DNA of 64,000 nucleotides from Amoeboaphelidium protococcarum X5 (Eukaryota > Fungi > Aphelidiomycota), in contig JALDTO010000192.1 of the NCBI GenBank assembly GCA_023515725.1, positions 310,001 to 374,000 on the forward strand, read 5' to 3'. The notes under the pieces are model-generated. The model was not told the origin of the DNA, did not search any database, and saw only the letters and a list, made by a program, of their open reading frames with translations. The translations under genes and the position numbers were made by a program. Positions 1-15,376 of this stretch are shown here, in pieces; position 1 is the first letter of the stretch; the number at the start of each line of letters is the position of its first letter.

Positions 1-1354
1 TGAAGTATTAGCCCTAAATGGAATTCAACGTCATATTGCTTACATATTCATTTTTAAAATAACACTATCGGTCTTAGTAACATGATGAGAATCGATTTCA
101 GATATTAGTGCCTATAGTAAATAATACGGAAAACCATTTTTGGTTGGGATTGTGATATCGTAGCCCGTTTTATTGCACAGCAGAAGTATATTTCATGAGA
201 CAGAAGCTTGCCAAACAGCATTAGTTTGCAATATTAATAACAAGGATGCGCTCAATCTAACTCAGTGTGCCATGAGCTAATAAATTTCACCATCCGAGTG
301 AAACGTCTCCTTTCTCTTCAACTTCCATCTGCTTTACGCTCTTTCTGTTAGAGGCGTTGACGGTCTGTCTAGTCATGAAGATTGACGCGTTAGCGAGTAA
401 TTGGTGACCAGGAGTTTGTCGCCTCTCTTCTTTGAAGAATTTTGGATGGGTTATGATTTATAAGATTGAAATAGTGAATAGTAATAAAATTTCATCTTCT
501 GGAATTGACGTTTCCATGATTGACTAAGAGGTCCATTAGAACGGTGGTTCTCGTGTCCCCATTGACACTTCTGGTGCCGATAGTCCACGTATCACTTTTA
601 ACTGATAGTATCACATTGTCTCAACAAAATGATAACAAGATTTGCTAGTAAGGTAAGAGTTTACTCACGTTTACCTACCAGAATCATCAGTGATATTGTA
701 GATTAATTTGGGTGTCAAAAAGAGAAAGAGAACGGAATCTGGTTAGACCACTGATACACGCCCGGAAGGTGGCAGCCTAATGCCTGATGGTGCAAACACA
801 CCTGAATCAACTGAGAATTATCCTCCTAGTCTTCAGAATGACACTGTTACTGATTCATTGTCACATAAGCTTTCATCTTAGTCCAAACCTGTGAACGTAA
901 ATGCCGCCACAATCTAAATGAATAATGACTTGCTGGCAGAAGGGCTGTGTTTCGCCAAGATGTTTCGGCTCCCGTTGTTTCTTGAAAAATGGCGAAGTTT
1001 CAAGAGCTAATCTTGGCTCTGGTGCAGGAGAACGCTCATACGGCCGAGTACCAGACCGTGCTGGTGGAACACGCTATTCCAGAAACTTCTCTGGGTTGTG
1101 GAGTCCCCGCTGCGGAGCTACAAAAAAAATACCAAAAAGTATGGTATGTTGACGTGCGCTGCATCAGGTCGATCGCCTAGGAGAAGAAGGCGACAAATCA
1201 GTACCGCGCAGCTAGAATCAGATTTGATCAGCTTGCCATATAAAATATAACATTGGTCGTATGTGCGCGAAGTGTTATAGATCCTACGTTCTAATAAGCT
1301 GCACTGTAAACTTTCCTAGTGCAAGTTCGCATAGTCTTTTACACTACAACGTTT

Positions 1355-1897
1355 TTGGTAAGTCTGAGCAGTTTCTTTCGCTTTGAAGGGTGGACCTGGC
1401 GCTTACTCCCGAGGTACGAAAGACGCTGTTATACGGGAGGAGACGGAGAACAGCTGGCAGGCTAGACTGGTTTGGAAGAGTGGTGTCCGCTTGCAATCCC
1501 GAGTCTGGCACTCTGTGACTGAAGAGAACTTGGAAGACTTGGACATTCTCCGGGATGCAAAGCCAGAAAAGCTATCGAGGGAGTCAGTAGCCAGAGGGAA
1601 AATGACGAAGGAGATTCCAACGGTGATTGACTCTGATATTTACTATCGGTCAGCCAAAGTTGAGTTTCCCGTCATGCAAGTTGATAATGCTCGCGCGGTG
1701 AACCATTATGCAGAACGGTACAGAGCTGGTAAGTCAAGTAAGCGGTGGGCATCCTTGTGGCGGCTTGTTTAGGAGTTGGTCCGGCCAAAGTAAGTTTATA
1801 CTATCCCGTTTATATATATATATAATGATACTAACTGATTATTGTGAGTGTGTAGGAAACGAAAGTGATTCTGGCTGAATGCTTCTTCATGTTAGAT
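1355..1897 (+). pseudogene. 5'-truncated copy of the multicopy gene at 40835-42122 (3' part, intron 1790-1855, TGA 1866-1868)
   Basis: Near-identical to 41613-42153, including the GTAAGT...TACTAAC...TGTAG intron and spliced C-terminus PKKRK*. Similarity begins abruptly at 1355. Confidence 0.75.
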
Positions 1898-2258
1898 ATG
1901 TCTGTTACGAAAGCAACACGTATCATAAATCGTTTGATTAGCATAAAGTTAAAACAGTTTAAGTATGTAAAGTATCCATAAAAGACTTCATCTATTCGGA
2001 TAGTAAAAATTTTCATCTATTAAACAGAGTAGCTCTATCTAGATCTACCGGCAAGCAAGATATTTGAAGCAGATGCTGAAAATGACGACGAGTTTCAAAT
2101 CTGTTTCAGCCGTGCAACCAAGAAACCGCAGAGAACGAAATTCTTGTCAAACAATCAAACGATAGTGGTAATTGTTGTTGCTTCCTCATCTTTCTTTACT
2201 ATTATCATTACTACAGGTTGGATTATCGTAACCATTTCACCATATTATATCATAGAGT

Positions 2259-2327
2259 GTAAGTTTATTTTAATAGTTGTAATATTAATATTTATTCAAT
2301 CTTCTATCTGTATGAATAAGTGTGTAG
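2259..2327 (+). other. Probable 5'-UTR spliceosomal intron directly abutting the chitin synthase ATG
   Basis: GTAAGT at 2259; ...TGTGTAG|ATG at 2327/2328; 69 nt, AT-rich, same acceptor as the other introns. Confidence 0.6.
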
Positions 2328-5300
2328 ATGGGAAAGAAGGATACTGATTTGATAAATAGTGCTCCAGCACAAGATGCCGATGTGGTAACTGCGCTGAATG
2401 AGCGTTTCAACAAGGATAGAGTATATACTCGCATCGGCAATCATTGTATGGTATCAGTCAATCCGTATAAGCCTCTCGCCGATTCTTCTGATGATTCTTT
2501 AAAGTCGATTGTGTCCGCTGTGAAAGATGGTGTGGACAGGGAGCAGCCGCATGTGTTTGAACTGGTCAGTGATGTGTACTACAACATGCTCTAGAAGAAG
2601 GATGACTAAAGTGTTCTGTTTATGGGAGAGTCTGGCAGTGGAAAGAGTACTAATTTGCTGTATGCCTTGCGCTCTATCATCACTGCATCCAAGAGTAAGA
2701 AGAAGGAGAAGGTTGCTCAGCGTGCTCTGAAAGCTCTCACCGTCATGGATGCTTTCGGTAATGCAAAAACTGTGTAGAATGACAACTCTTCGAGATATGG
2801 AAAGGTGTGTGAGGTGCAGTTCAATAATCGTGGAAAGATGTCCGGTGTGAAGATGATTGACTACCTTCTGGAGCGTTAGAGAGTGTCTGGTGTTTAGTAT
2901 AATGAGAGAAACTTCAATGCCTTCTATTATATGATTGCCGGTCTTTCTGCAGAGTAGAAGTCTCAATGGAAGCTGTAAGACGCTGGTAAGTATTAGTACT
3001 TGGTGAGTGGTACTAAGGCTCATCGTGCCACTAATGAAGATGTTACTGGCTTTGCAGAGTTGGTGTCAGCTTTGAAGGCACTTGGCTTTAAGGAAAAGTA
3101 TTAAACTTAGGTGTTCTAGCTGTTGACTGCAATCTTATTTTTGGGTAATCTCGAGTTTGTGGATCCCGAAATGAAGGACGATGCTGCTCAAGTGAAAAAC
3201 ATTGAAGAACTTCGCATGGTGGCAGAGCTGCTTGGTGTTAGAGCCACTGATCTGGAGAATGCTATGGTGTACAAGACTAAGCTGATCAAGAAGGAGATTT
3301 GTACTGTTTATCTTGATAAGGATGAGGCGTTCGATCAGAGAGATTTGTTGGCGCAGACTTTGTACTCGTTGTTGTGGTCCTGGCTGGTTGAGTCTATGAA
3401 CAAGAGGCTAGTTGATGAAGAACCATCGATGCTTATTAATTTGGTTGACTTGTTCGGTGTTGAGAACTTGAAGGATAATTACTTTCATCAGTTCATGGCT
3501 AATTATACTGCTGAGAGGCTGTTCAAACTGTTCAATTAGGTTACTTATGAGCAGGAGCTTGAACTATACCAGAAGGAAGGTGTCAAGTTTGATAGTGTAT
3601 CCTTTGCTGACAATGCCAAGATTTTGAATATCTTCACCTCCACACCTAATGGTATCCTCACTAACATTAACGAAGAATCTGCCAAGAGCCGTAAGCGTGC
3701 CAAGATCTCAGCGCTGATTGAGACATGGAATGAGGAGAACAAGTCGAATGATTACTACATCTCCTTCCCGAAGAAGAGCAAGTCTTATCTTTTTGGAATC
3801 AAGCATCATTCAGAGAATGTAAACTATGATGCCGAAGATTTTATTGAGATCAATGCCGAAACTGCTAGTGCTGACTTTGTCACTTTGTTTAAGGGTGGAC
3901 CTGAACTCCGCGCTTCCAAGAACTCTTTTATTAGAAATCTGTTTAGCGAGAAGGCTTTGAATTTGGAGAGATCTCCATAGAATAGCAAGACTATTGTGAA
4001 TGCTCTCCAAGTCAACACTCCGAGAAGAAAGCCATCCAGACGTGGTAGAGAGTCCAAGAAGGGTGCTGAAGCATCTTCCAAATCTGCAGCTAGAACTCTT
4101 GCATCCGACTATGATGAAGCTTTGGATTTTTTGTTTGAGGTGCTATCTGCCACATAACTTAGTACTGTATTTTGTATTAAATCTAATAGCACTATGGCCG
4201 CTAATAGATTCGATAAGCAGAAAGTTTAGAATCAGGTTAAAGATCTCGGTTTAGCTGATCTGATAAACTTTAAGAGCAAGAGCTTCGCCCTGAAGATGCC
4301 TTCTAATCAGTTTGCTGACAAGTTTCGTCTTGCTTTACCAGATGAGTAGAGCAGTTCGAATGCTGCGAATCCTATTGATCTTTTTGTCTAAGCATTTGGT
4401 TGGAAGAGCAAAGATTACTTTGTGGGTGATTAGAATGTGTTCTTGTCTGAGAAAGCACTCAAAGATCTGACTTTGAACTTGAGAGCCGCTGAGAAGATTG
4501 AACGCAAAAAGTTGAAGGCCAAGCTTCGAGAAGATGGAGGAGATGTTGCACCGTCTGAAGTTGCCGGATCTCGCGTGAGTTCGTATATCCCAGGTGGAGT
4601 GGGCGATGATGATTACTCTGAGGATGGCGGTTCTGATTATGATTCCACCGCAGACGATGCTTCTGCTTACGGCTCCGAGTACTCTTATATGTCTGAGGCT
4701 GAGACAGAGTTTGGTAAAGAGGGTGGTGCCGACAAGAACGGTTTCATCGATGAGAGCGAAATGCAGGCTGAAGAGGAGGAGTAGGAAGTGTCTGCTGTGA
4801 GAAGAAATTGGCTAAGAACAGTGACATTTTTCACATGGTTCATTCCCGGTCGTTGTCTTGAATATGCAGGAATGAAGAGAGCTGATATTCAACTTGCATG
4901 GAGAGAGAAAGTTACTCTTTGTATTTTGATTGTGCTGTTAAGTGCCCTTATGTTGTTCTTCATTACTGGTTTCACGCTCATCTTCTGTCCGACTGCAGAT
5001 TAGTACACGGTGTCTTAGCTAACTGAGCATAACTAGCCGTAGACTGATATGTATGTGGCTGTTCATGGTCTGATTTACGATGTTACTGGCTTGCGTAATA
5101 GTCACACTGGTGGTGCCGATCTGACTAACGAGTGGGCTGGTAAGGATGCCACGGCGTGCTTCTTTTATCCTCCAGATGCTCTGTGTGACGATGTTAAGAC
5201 TGATCCTCCTTTGTTATACAATGACACGACGTGCTTCAATCATCCTTTTGACAAGGTGTTGCCATACTTTGATAAGAGGTCCAAGAGTTTGTACAAAGGT

Positions 5301-7646
5301 GTCCTAGCTTATTAGTGGGACGACATCAGGCAGAATCATGCGAAGAGTGATTCGTGGTTCGTCATTGTCAAGGGTGATATCTATGACATGACTGAGTATC
5401 GTGAGAGTGGTCAGCGTTATCTAGGAGACAAGGCCACGAGTATCATATATCAGAGTGCTGGTAAAGATGCCACCAGTTTGTTTGATGCCATTGGTGCTGA
5501 GGGCAGGTCTGCGTTAAAGTGTATGAAAGCTACCAATTATGCCGGTCAGGTCAGTTTGAGAGATAGTCCGCAGTGTATTTTTGCAAATACTTTATTACTG
5601 GTCGCCACAGGTATCCTGGTTGGTATTCTGGTGGTGAAATTCTGTTCCGCTCTGATGATTGGAAGTCAGGGTAATCCTGAAGATTATGATCGTTTTGTGA
5701 TCTGTCAAGTTCCTTGTTATACTGAAGGTGAAGAGTCATTGAGGACATGTCTGGATTCTCTGGCCACACTTAAGTATGATGACAAGAGAAAGTTGTTGTT
5801 TATCATTGCTGACGGTAACATTATTGGTAGTGGTAACGATAGAGCCACCTGGAGAATTGTTTTGGATGTCTTGGGTGTTGACCCGTCTATTGATCCGCCA
5901 AAGTTGAGTTTTCAGTCTCTGGGTGAAGGCAACAAGTAGCACAACATGGGCAAGATTTACACTGGCCTGTACGATATAGCCGGGCATCTGGTCCCATATT
6001 TGGTTGTTGTCAAAGTTGGAAAAGATAGCGAAACTCGCCGTCCAGGTAACAGAGGTAAGAGAGACTCCTAGATGATTTTGATGAGATTCTTGCAGAAAGT
6101 TCATTATGATGAAGCCATGTCACCACTAGAGTTGGAGATTTATCATCAGATGAAGAATGTGATTGGTGTTGATCCTAGCTTCTATGAATTCGTCCTCATG
6201 GTGGATGCTGATACTGAGGTTCTACCTGATGCATTGAATAAGTTAGTTTCTAGTATGGTGCACGATGCCAAAATTGTGGGTCTGTGTGGAGAAACTACTC
6301 TGTCTAATGAGCGCGACTCTTGGATTACCATGATGTAGGTGTACGAGTATTACATTTCTCATCACTTGGCGAAGGCTTTTGAGTCTTTATTTGGATCAGT
6401 CACCTGTCTGCCTGGTTGTTTCTGTATGTACAGAATTCGTTCGCCTAACAAGAGTATTCCATTGCTGATTTCTAAGCCGGTGATTATAGATTACGCTGTG
6501 AATGATGTGGATACTTTGCACAAGAAGAATCTACTGTCTCTTGGTGAGGATCGTTACTTGACCACGCTGATGTTGAAGCATTTCCCAAACATGAAAATGT
6601 CTTTCAGTCCTGGTGCTATTGCCAAGTCTATTGCTCCAGATCGTTGGAATGTGCTGTTATCTTAGCGTCGTCGTTGGATTAATTCCACTATCCATAATCT
6701 GGCTGAGTTGCTGTTATTGCCACAGTTGTGTGGTTTCTGTTGTCTTTCTATGAGATTCGTGGTGTTCTTTGATCTGTTTGCCACCCTGGTTATGCCTGCC
6801 ACTATTGGTTATCTTGGATATCTTATCTATTCTGCCATCTAGAAGCAAATGTTCCCTATAATCTCGCTAGTTTTGTTGACGGCTGCGTATGGTCTGCAGA
6901 TCATCATTTTCTTGTTCCGTAGAAAGTTTGAGCACATTGGTTGGATGATTATCTATATCCTGGCTCTGCCTATATTCAGTTTCTTCATTCCGTTGTATGC
7001 GTTCTGGCACTTTGACGATTTCTCTTGGGGTAACACGAGAATTGTCGTGGGTGAGAGAGGTGGTAAGAAGCACATTGTGGATGAAGAGCCGTTTGATCCT
7101 CAATCTATTCCGATGAAGAAGTGGTCAGAGTACGAGCAGGAGATGTGGGAGAGTGAGAGTCAAGTGTCTGGTGCAACTTAGAATCAGTCTGCTGTCAGTG
7201 CTGGATACACTCATATTACTGGCCAGGTTGGACCATACTCTGGATTCGTTTAGCATATCTTGCCTGCTCAGTCCCTGGTTGGTCCTATTCAAGCGCCAGC
7301 TGAGTATTATCAGCAGCAGCCTATTCCTCCAGAGTACCAGTAGTATTCGCAAGCTCAGTCTGAGGTTCCTATGCAGTCGCGTCCAATGTCCATGATGCCA
7401 GGTCCTAATGGTCAGCCAATGATGATGCCAGCGCAACCTGGTGGTGGAGCTAGCATGGTTAATGGATTTCCATCAGATGACCAGATTGTGAGTTAGATCA
7501 AGTCGTACCTAGCCACTGCCAACCTGATGACTGTCACCAAGAAGCAGGTTAGAGATGATCTGGCAGCCTTCTTTGGCGTTGACATGTCGCCAAAGCGTGA
7601 GTTTATCAACAAGGTTATCGAAGACGTTTTGCAAGGAAGGATGTGA
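2328..7646 (+). CDS. chsV: Class V chitin synthase with N-terminal myosin motor-like domain, cytochrome b5-like domains, GT2 core and C-terminal DEK_C (1772 aa, code 6)
   Basis: Ten ORF-track fragments share one frame and are separated only by TAA/TAG. Motifs: P-loop GESGSGKS; NRGKRDSQ; VDADT; CLPGCF; LGEDRYLTT; QRRRW with Q=TAG at 6663-6665; [11 protein letters not shown]. First in-frame TGA at 7644-7646. Confidence 0.97.
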
Positions 7647-7852
7647 TTCAATGGTTATATTTGAATGATGTTTTGATGAGATGATTAAAATGCTTTATGA
7701 AAATATGTTTGGTACTTTGAACAGTAAGCGATCAATGTACTTGCTTAGTAAAATTAACGGTGAAGTTGAATCAGCCCCTGAATGGTGTTTGCGTCAAATA
7801 TCTTCATTTTTACGCTAGCGTGATTTTGTTAATAAGATTTAAAGAATCTATA

Positions 7853-8638
7853 ATGATATTCTGCCTATTAATATTTATTACGTGTCTTCTGGTCTGTTTA
7901 CAAGGCGCGACCATACAAGATTTACCGGCAAAGTTGTTGGCTACAGCTACTCGGTATCTTGATGGTGATGATGTACAAAATTTGCTCGCCTCCAGTCTAT
8001 AGATTAGAAAACTGACACTAGATGGCTTAAAATTTAATCGTGCTCAAATGGTGGATTGGAATATTAATATTTTGAGTATACGTGCCCTGTTGAATATTGA
8101 ACACATCAAAGCAATTGATAAGCTGATTTTGAGTCTTGCAAATGGTGACGATCTCTCAAAATCACCCACGGTATTTAGAGACGTTGCAAGTATTCTTATC
8201 GATTTTTAATACACGCGTAATGGTCACGGCTAGTGGTTGTATAGCTGTTGTAAGACAGTGGACGAATATTCCAGTGGCAATGTACCTATTAAATTCTAAA
8301 GAGCGACCTATGAGCTCAAATGCAACCACCGAGATCTATCTCAATATCTACCTTCGCAGCTGAAAAGTGTCTTGTAAATTATCAATTTTAATTAAGGAAA
8401 CATTGTCAAGTTTACAGCGATTCTTCTTATATATACTGAGTAAGATGATGATGATGGTGGCAAAATTATTGTTCCTCTCTGTGCAGACTCTATTATATCG
8501 AAACAGCATCGACTGCCGCCGTAAATTGGAAAACGGCTGAGGTAGGCTTGGCGCGTCGTGGATCCTATAATTAAGCTCAGTAAGCTGGCTTTTGTTTCAT
8601 ATGGATGTGCTTTATTGATGTAAGAGTGTTAACTATGA
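7853..8638 (+). CDS. Signal-peptide + F-box-like protein (261 aa), candidate secreted effector
   Basis: MIFCLLIFITCLLVCLQGA hydrophobic leader followed by IQDLPAKLLATATRYLDGDDVQNLLASS (F-box-like LP..L...YLD..D). Open to TGA 8636-8638 under code 6. Confidence 0.6.
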
Positions 8639-8945
8639 CTTGACTCATTTGGAAGCCTGTTAAATGATTTCTATAATGTTAATTCCGAGATATTGCAACT
8701 TGAGTAATGTCCGATAATATCAAATTTAAACTCTGGGGGAGTTAGTATGAGATCGGACGTGTTAACAGAGTGTATAACGAGTATGGCTGTCTTGAGGTCT
8801 TAAACTAACAATGGTGAAGTTTTATCTACTATGCTCTAGCAATTTTGGTGAAGTAACAGGCATAATCTCTTGAAAACAAAATCCTGTTTTACATTCAAAA
8901 TCCAATTCAATATTCATCATTCAGTCAAGCAAGCAAATACTCTCC

Positions 8946-9905
8946 TCATACAGACTCATCCGTGTTGACACTTCTCAACACAGAAGAGGTGTCGCCTGGT
9001 ACAAGGGTAGAGTCATCCTACACTGGGACCAGAGTCTTGTCATCCGGGTGTCCAACAACAGTTTTTTAAACCTGAGGAGGAGCAGTAGCAGTCTTGTGAG
9101 TGCTCATTTGCTAAGTGTTGTTCATGGTGGCAGATCTGGTAGAGGCTTCCTTCACCATGACAAAGTCCAATACCAGGAAGATTATCCACAGCTGGTGGAA
9201 GATCTCGCTAACATCAAACACGGAATTCTGGTACTTGACACCAGCGATAATTAGGGAACCATCAATGATACGAATGATTGCAACCATAAAGATGAAAAAA
9301 GTGTTACTCTTGGCGATAACACTCATCAAGTAGTTGGATCTGGTCTGGAAAGCAGATGACGCGCCCTTGTTGAACCAATTTTGCAGACCCTTCATCAGAA
9401 ACGTCTGATAGATGACCACCAGGAACAGACCGATAGCATTATGAGAGATACGCAGCTCAGGCACCAAGCCAGAGTAGTCGCTCTTGATAAAGTCGTTAGG
9501 CGTCAGCTTCACAGTGGCGATACCACGGTACACCAAGTCATGCAGAATGTCAATGATGCAGCCAGACATTGCAAACAACAGCTCGTGACCTTGCAAGAAG
9601 ACTTGCGCCTTGATGTACAAGTAGTAGTAGGCGCCAATACGGAAAGGGAAGGCCAGATAGGCAGAGATGAACCAGAAAGCAGTAGCAGCGCCACCATCCG
9701 TGCCATAGAATAGCAGCAATAGACGCAAGAAGGCAGCAAATGAACGCGAAGCAATAGCAAGGGCCAGAGCATTACGCGCCTACTTTTTCTTACCAGAGTC
9801 AATCAGGAAGATGACAGGTAAGAGGCCGTAGCCAAGCGCGAATGTACCAGCCAGGCCAGTTGCTTTTGAAACGGCAGAGTAGCCTTGTGCGAATGTCAGG
9901 CTCAT
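8946..9905 (-). CDS. Multi-pass (about 7TM) GPCR-like membrane protein (319 aa)
   Basis: ATG 9905 to TGA 8946 in one frame with the 9111-9728 fragment; about seven hydrophobic segments and a Ser/Thr-rich tail. Confidence 0.7.
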
Positions 9906-10486
9906 TATGATGGGTTACGCGTAGGCGGAGTTGATACAAAGAGTGGGGAGTCAAGCGGATAGTCAGAGAAATAATACAACAGATTAATCCAGATAGATAG
10001 CTATGAGAAAAAAGGAAAGATAAGGATTGATAACGGTAACATATCCGCTGTTATCGATTCATGTTACGTGATCCAACATTGTGATTGGTACCAATATGCC
10101 GAATCTTAATTACAATGATTGATCATGGTCCAATCTAACAATCAATTTTGCATCTAATTTTACCAAATTTTAATTGCCTAAATGACTAAGATATTACAAA
10201 GCTATGAGATAAAAATTAGATAATACTAAAAGTGCACAAGTAGATGTGTTGTTGATACTTGATTTCATTTGATTACACTTCATTCCATCCATCCATTCAT
10301 CCGCCATCGTTAAGGCATAGCCAAGTACACCGAGGACGCGTCTTTCTCGCTTCGTTTCAACCATTTTCCCGATTGCAGAGCACTGCTCTCTCCTTCTCTC
10401 AAACCTCTCATTTTTCATAACTCTCTTGTCTACTGTATAAAGGAAAATATTTTATTATCAATTATCGCATTAAGTAATACAATTAA

Positions 10487-12358
10487 ATGGGATAGTCTGA
10501 GAGCACTTTGAACATTAAGCGATAACTGGCTTAAATAAAGACTAGCGCCAATGCTGAACTTTTGGATCATCTATTGTCTGTGGACATTCCTCAATTTTAC
10601 GACACTTTCACTATGGAGGATGCACAGTAGTTCTCTCTGGAATCTATGTTATTTACGATAGACAGTTGCTTTACGAAATTGTAAAAGTTTATTGATTCTA
10701 CATTAGAGCTGACCGTTGAGGAAGAGTTGTAATGCAGAAATTCATTGCAAATTATTACTCGATTGGTTCCCGTGGCGTATTCAAAAGGTGTAGAGTTATA
10801 AGTACCTGCTGATACATTGATTCAAATGTTTAGCTGTAACTTGGTCGGTAATTAGTTGGTGTGGTCCAAAGGTATTGGTAATTATGATGAAGATTAACTC
10901 AGTAGTAGTAGCATTGTCGAATCTGTTGATATAGATCAGTTTAAAGTGCTCATTCTGACAGTGGCTCTAGTGGTAAGTAGCAGTGAAGTATATGGAATTG
11001 CAGACGATAATAAGTGTATTCTACACTAGATTCTGTATGAGCCTGTTTATGGTGGTGATGTTAATGAAGGTAAAAAGAAGATTCTCGCTGTGCTATGCTC
11101 TTTGCTCAATCTGGCCGTGAATTCCGGTGGTAATAGCGGTAGTAGAAAGAAACTACAAGCATTAAGTTTACAACTGCTTAATGTGTGGTTCAATTATAAA
11201 CGGGAAGATTAAATAGATTAGTAAACTGGTACAATAAGAAATTAGAATTATAATAGTGAGACGGGGTCAGAGATTAAATTGGATGAAATTTAAAATGTTA
11301 ATTTGATTAGATTGTTCTATGGCAGATTACACAGGGCGGATGACTTTTAGATTATTTTGGATGGTATTGTGCGGCTCTGTATGGACGTCAGTGTTAATAA
11401 AAATGATGATGATGTCTTGTAGTAGACTGTCATGTTTATATTCAATCTACTTATTTACAATGAAAAGTTTACTGCATACTTTTGCAGTAATCCATAATCT
11501 GCTCAAGTAATCCAGCGATTACTCTGGTTATTGGCCAAATATGGCTCCGAGCAGAGGTATTCTGGAATGACTAGGAATGTATTGTATGTTCTGCACTATC
11601 TCAGTGACAAGTCTGCGTTATAGACTCTGCTCTGTGTTGATACGTTTACGATAATGAAGGATTTGTAGTAGATGACCAGTGATTATACTCTATCCGATAC
11701 AGTGCTAGTGTCACTATTCACTTTCTGTCTGTAGTGTAAGAATCCAAACTTTGTATCCATCTCATTATGTATCATGAGGAATATTGGACCTATGGCTGAG
11801 ATTGCGAATCTAATTACATGTCAAAAGTTGGTGAACTTGATAATGCAATTCTCGAAGCCATCCTATCTGTCTGCCAACCTTACATCTTTAGTTTACGTAA
11901 TTGATTTTGTTTAGTTTGTGCTTTAATCGTTCGATTCTATGAATTCCGTGTTATTGTATGAACTGCTCACCATCGCAGGTCAGTTGGAGGAATTGTAGAG
12001 AGTTAGTTTTGCAGATTTGGCTAGTAAATCTAGTGCTGTTACGGTGACTGAGGCAGAGTTTGATATATTTAAAAAGCGATTGACTATTGGTCCTCTGGTG
12101 GAGTTGATTTCTGAATGCAGGTCCACAGTTGAATCGATGTGCGAGTCTGAGACTGGTCATGATTAGATTTTGGATTATCTCTCCACCCAGAAAGTCTCTC
12201 AAGGTTTGGAATACTCTGCGGTTAGTTTAAATGTTGGTAGCATAACTTAATGGCTGGGTTCACACACATGGGGAAGTATTTATATGTATCACCTCCACAC
12301 ATTGCCTTAATACTGGCCTACTGATAATATCAAGTTGTTTTCTATAAAGTTTGACTGA
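10487..12358 (+). CDS. HID1: HID1/Ecm30 (dymeclin superfamily) Golgi protein (623 aa)
   Basis: Myristoylation-type start MGQSESTLN; C-terminus WLGSHTWGSIYMYH...WPTDNIKLFSIKFD* resembles the HID1 W...WG.IY...W....VKLF end. Start and stop are in frame. Confidence 0.8.
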
Positions 12359-12582
12359 ACGACGAGTTGTAATTATTTTATATTGTATTCTGTGGCATTG
12401 ATTTCGCGTCAAGACATTGATAGGTCTATCTTGTATGCAAGAGCTAAACTGATAGAATGAAAGAGTTAAAGTCATAATGTTATATAAAATTGCAGCTATT
12501 TACATTTGAATCAAGTGCTCATTTCGTCAATAGATCATGTAGAATAAGAATTACGACTGCTATCACCATTACTACTAGAATA

Positions 12583-13365
12583 TCACTGCTTGCGAGCCTC
12601 CTCCCCGGCTTGACGAAGACTCTCTCCCGCTTTTAATACTTCAGACGGTGCTGAGGATACTGCACTTGCCGCCTTTTCAACTACACTAGTCACACCTGCA
12701 CCAGTACCATATTAGGTTGATGGAGTTGAGATTTCCTGGATTGGCTATGTCTTTCCATACACTGGATAAGTGCGACCACTTGTTCCCGGCTGAGACCAAG
12801 TTGGTGTCCCGTAACCGTATACACCTGACGGACCTTGCTGACCATATTGTTGTTGTTGTTACTGCTGCTACTGCTATTCCCATGACTAGGAGCTACTTAC
12901 CCAATGACGCGTACGCACGTACACAGTGCGCACCACTTTCATACCAAGATACACAACTGATATGAAGCCGACCAGAGTCAGAGAAAAGAGAGCACAGCCA
13001 GACAGTACTAGTGCCAGAAACAGTCCAGAGAATGCCAGTAGACTTCCCTCAACCAGGCCAAACACTGACAGACCAACGACGCCTAGAGCAGTGCTAGTCG
13101 CCAGAGCGAACAATGAATAAATGCCAACAGGCACGGCTGATGTTGCAAATAGAGCTGTGATCAGTGATGCCAGTGGAGGATAACGTTGCATCAGAGCACG
13201 CAGTCGTCTCAGAAAGTTGCCCGCAAAGCGCATCAATGTTCCTCTTGTGCGGCCAACCACGCGCTGAGCTGCTTACTGTGCCTTTACAGCTGCACCCCTT
13301 GTAATATCCGAGGCCACCTACTCAGTTTCAGACTTTTGTTGTACACTCTCTCCTCCTGGCTACAT
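12583..13365 (-). CDS. LDAF1: Promethin/LDAF1 (TMEM159)-like lipid droplet assembly factor (260 aa)
   Basis: YPPLASLITALFATSAVPVGIY...GLVEGSLL hydrophobic hairpins match promethin; polyQ of mixed TAG/CAG/TAA/CAA codons; TGA at 12583-12585. Confidence 0.75.
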
Positions 13366-13629
13366 AATGATTTAACCCGGTATAAGATACGATTTTAAGT
13401 GAACGATAAATTAAAAAGAGGATGCAGCCATCACATCAATTAGATATAAATATTTGATGTACAGTCATCACTGTTACGTATCAAGGTGAACTGTCGCGGA
13501 ACTGGATTTTACGCTTCATTTGCTACTTCTCAAATGACTAACAATGATCACTTTGATGATCTTTGCAATCTTTGAAATGCGCTTCGATCCTTATTCCTAC
13601 TTAACTTTTAGCAATAATCCGGTAATATC

Positions 13630-15114
<1,485 letters not shown>

Positions 15115-15376
15115 CTAGACACAGTTAGTTCATTATCTACCTGAATTTCATCAAAAATCTTCTTGTTTGTTCATAAGTCATAGACGGTTTTACGCGTAGG
15201 AACTTTAAACTGTAACTTAATAGAAGCGCTTTGCTAATATAGTCTTTAAGCGGGGTAGTAATTAAACAATGAAATATTCAAGGGCATTAAAAAAAGTCAA
15301 AATGAAACAATTAAGTCTATTATCAATATTACCATGATAGAGTGTGAGTGAGCTTCTATATTCATCAATGAATCCT

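Noticed and set aside
1-1354. Coding-like debris including ORF 989-1180
   Set aside because: No recognisable domain or coherent gene model.
6663-6665. A-to-I editing of TAG to TGG (Trp)
   Set aside because: Conserved positions require Gln, and TAA/TAG alternate with CAA/CAG in polyQ tracts.
8636-8638. Selenocysteine or read-through TGA
   Set aside because: No selenoprotein context, and a 70-codon open run is expected by chance with a single stop codon.
8946-9905. Opsin/rhodopsin
   Set aside because: No retinal-binding Lys within the last TM helix and no recognisable opsin motifs.
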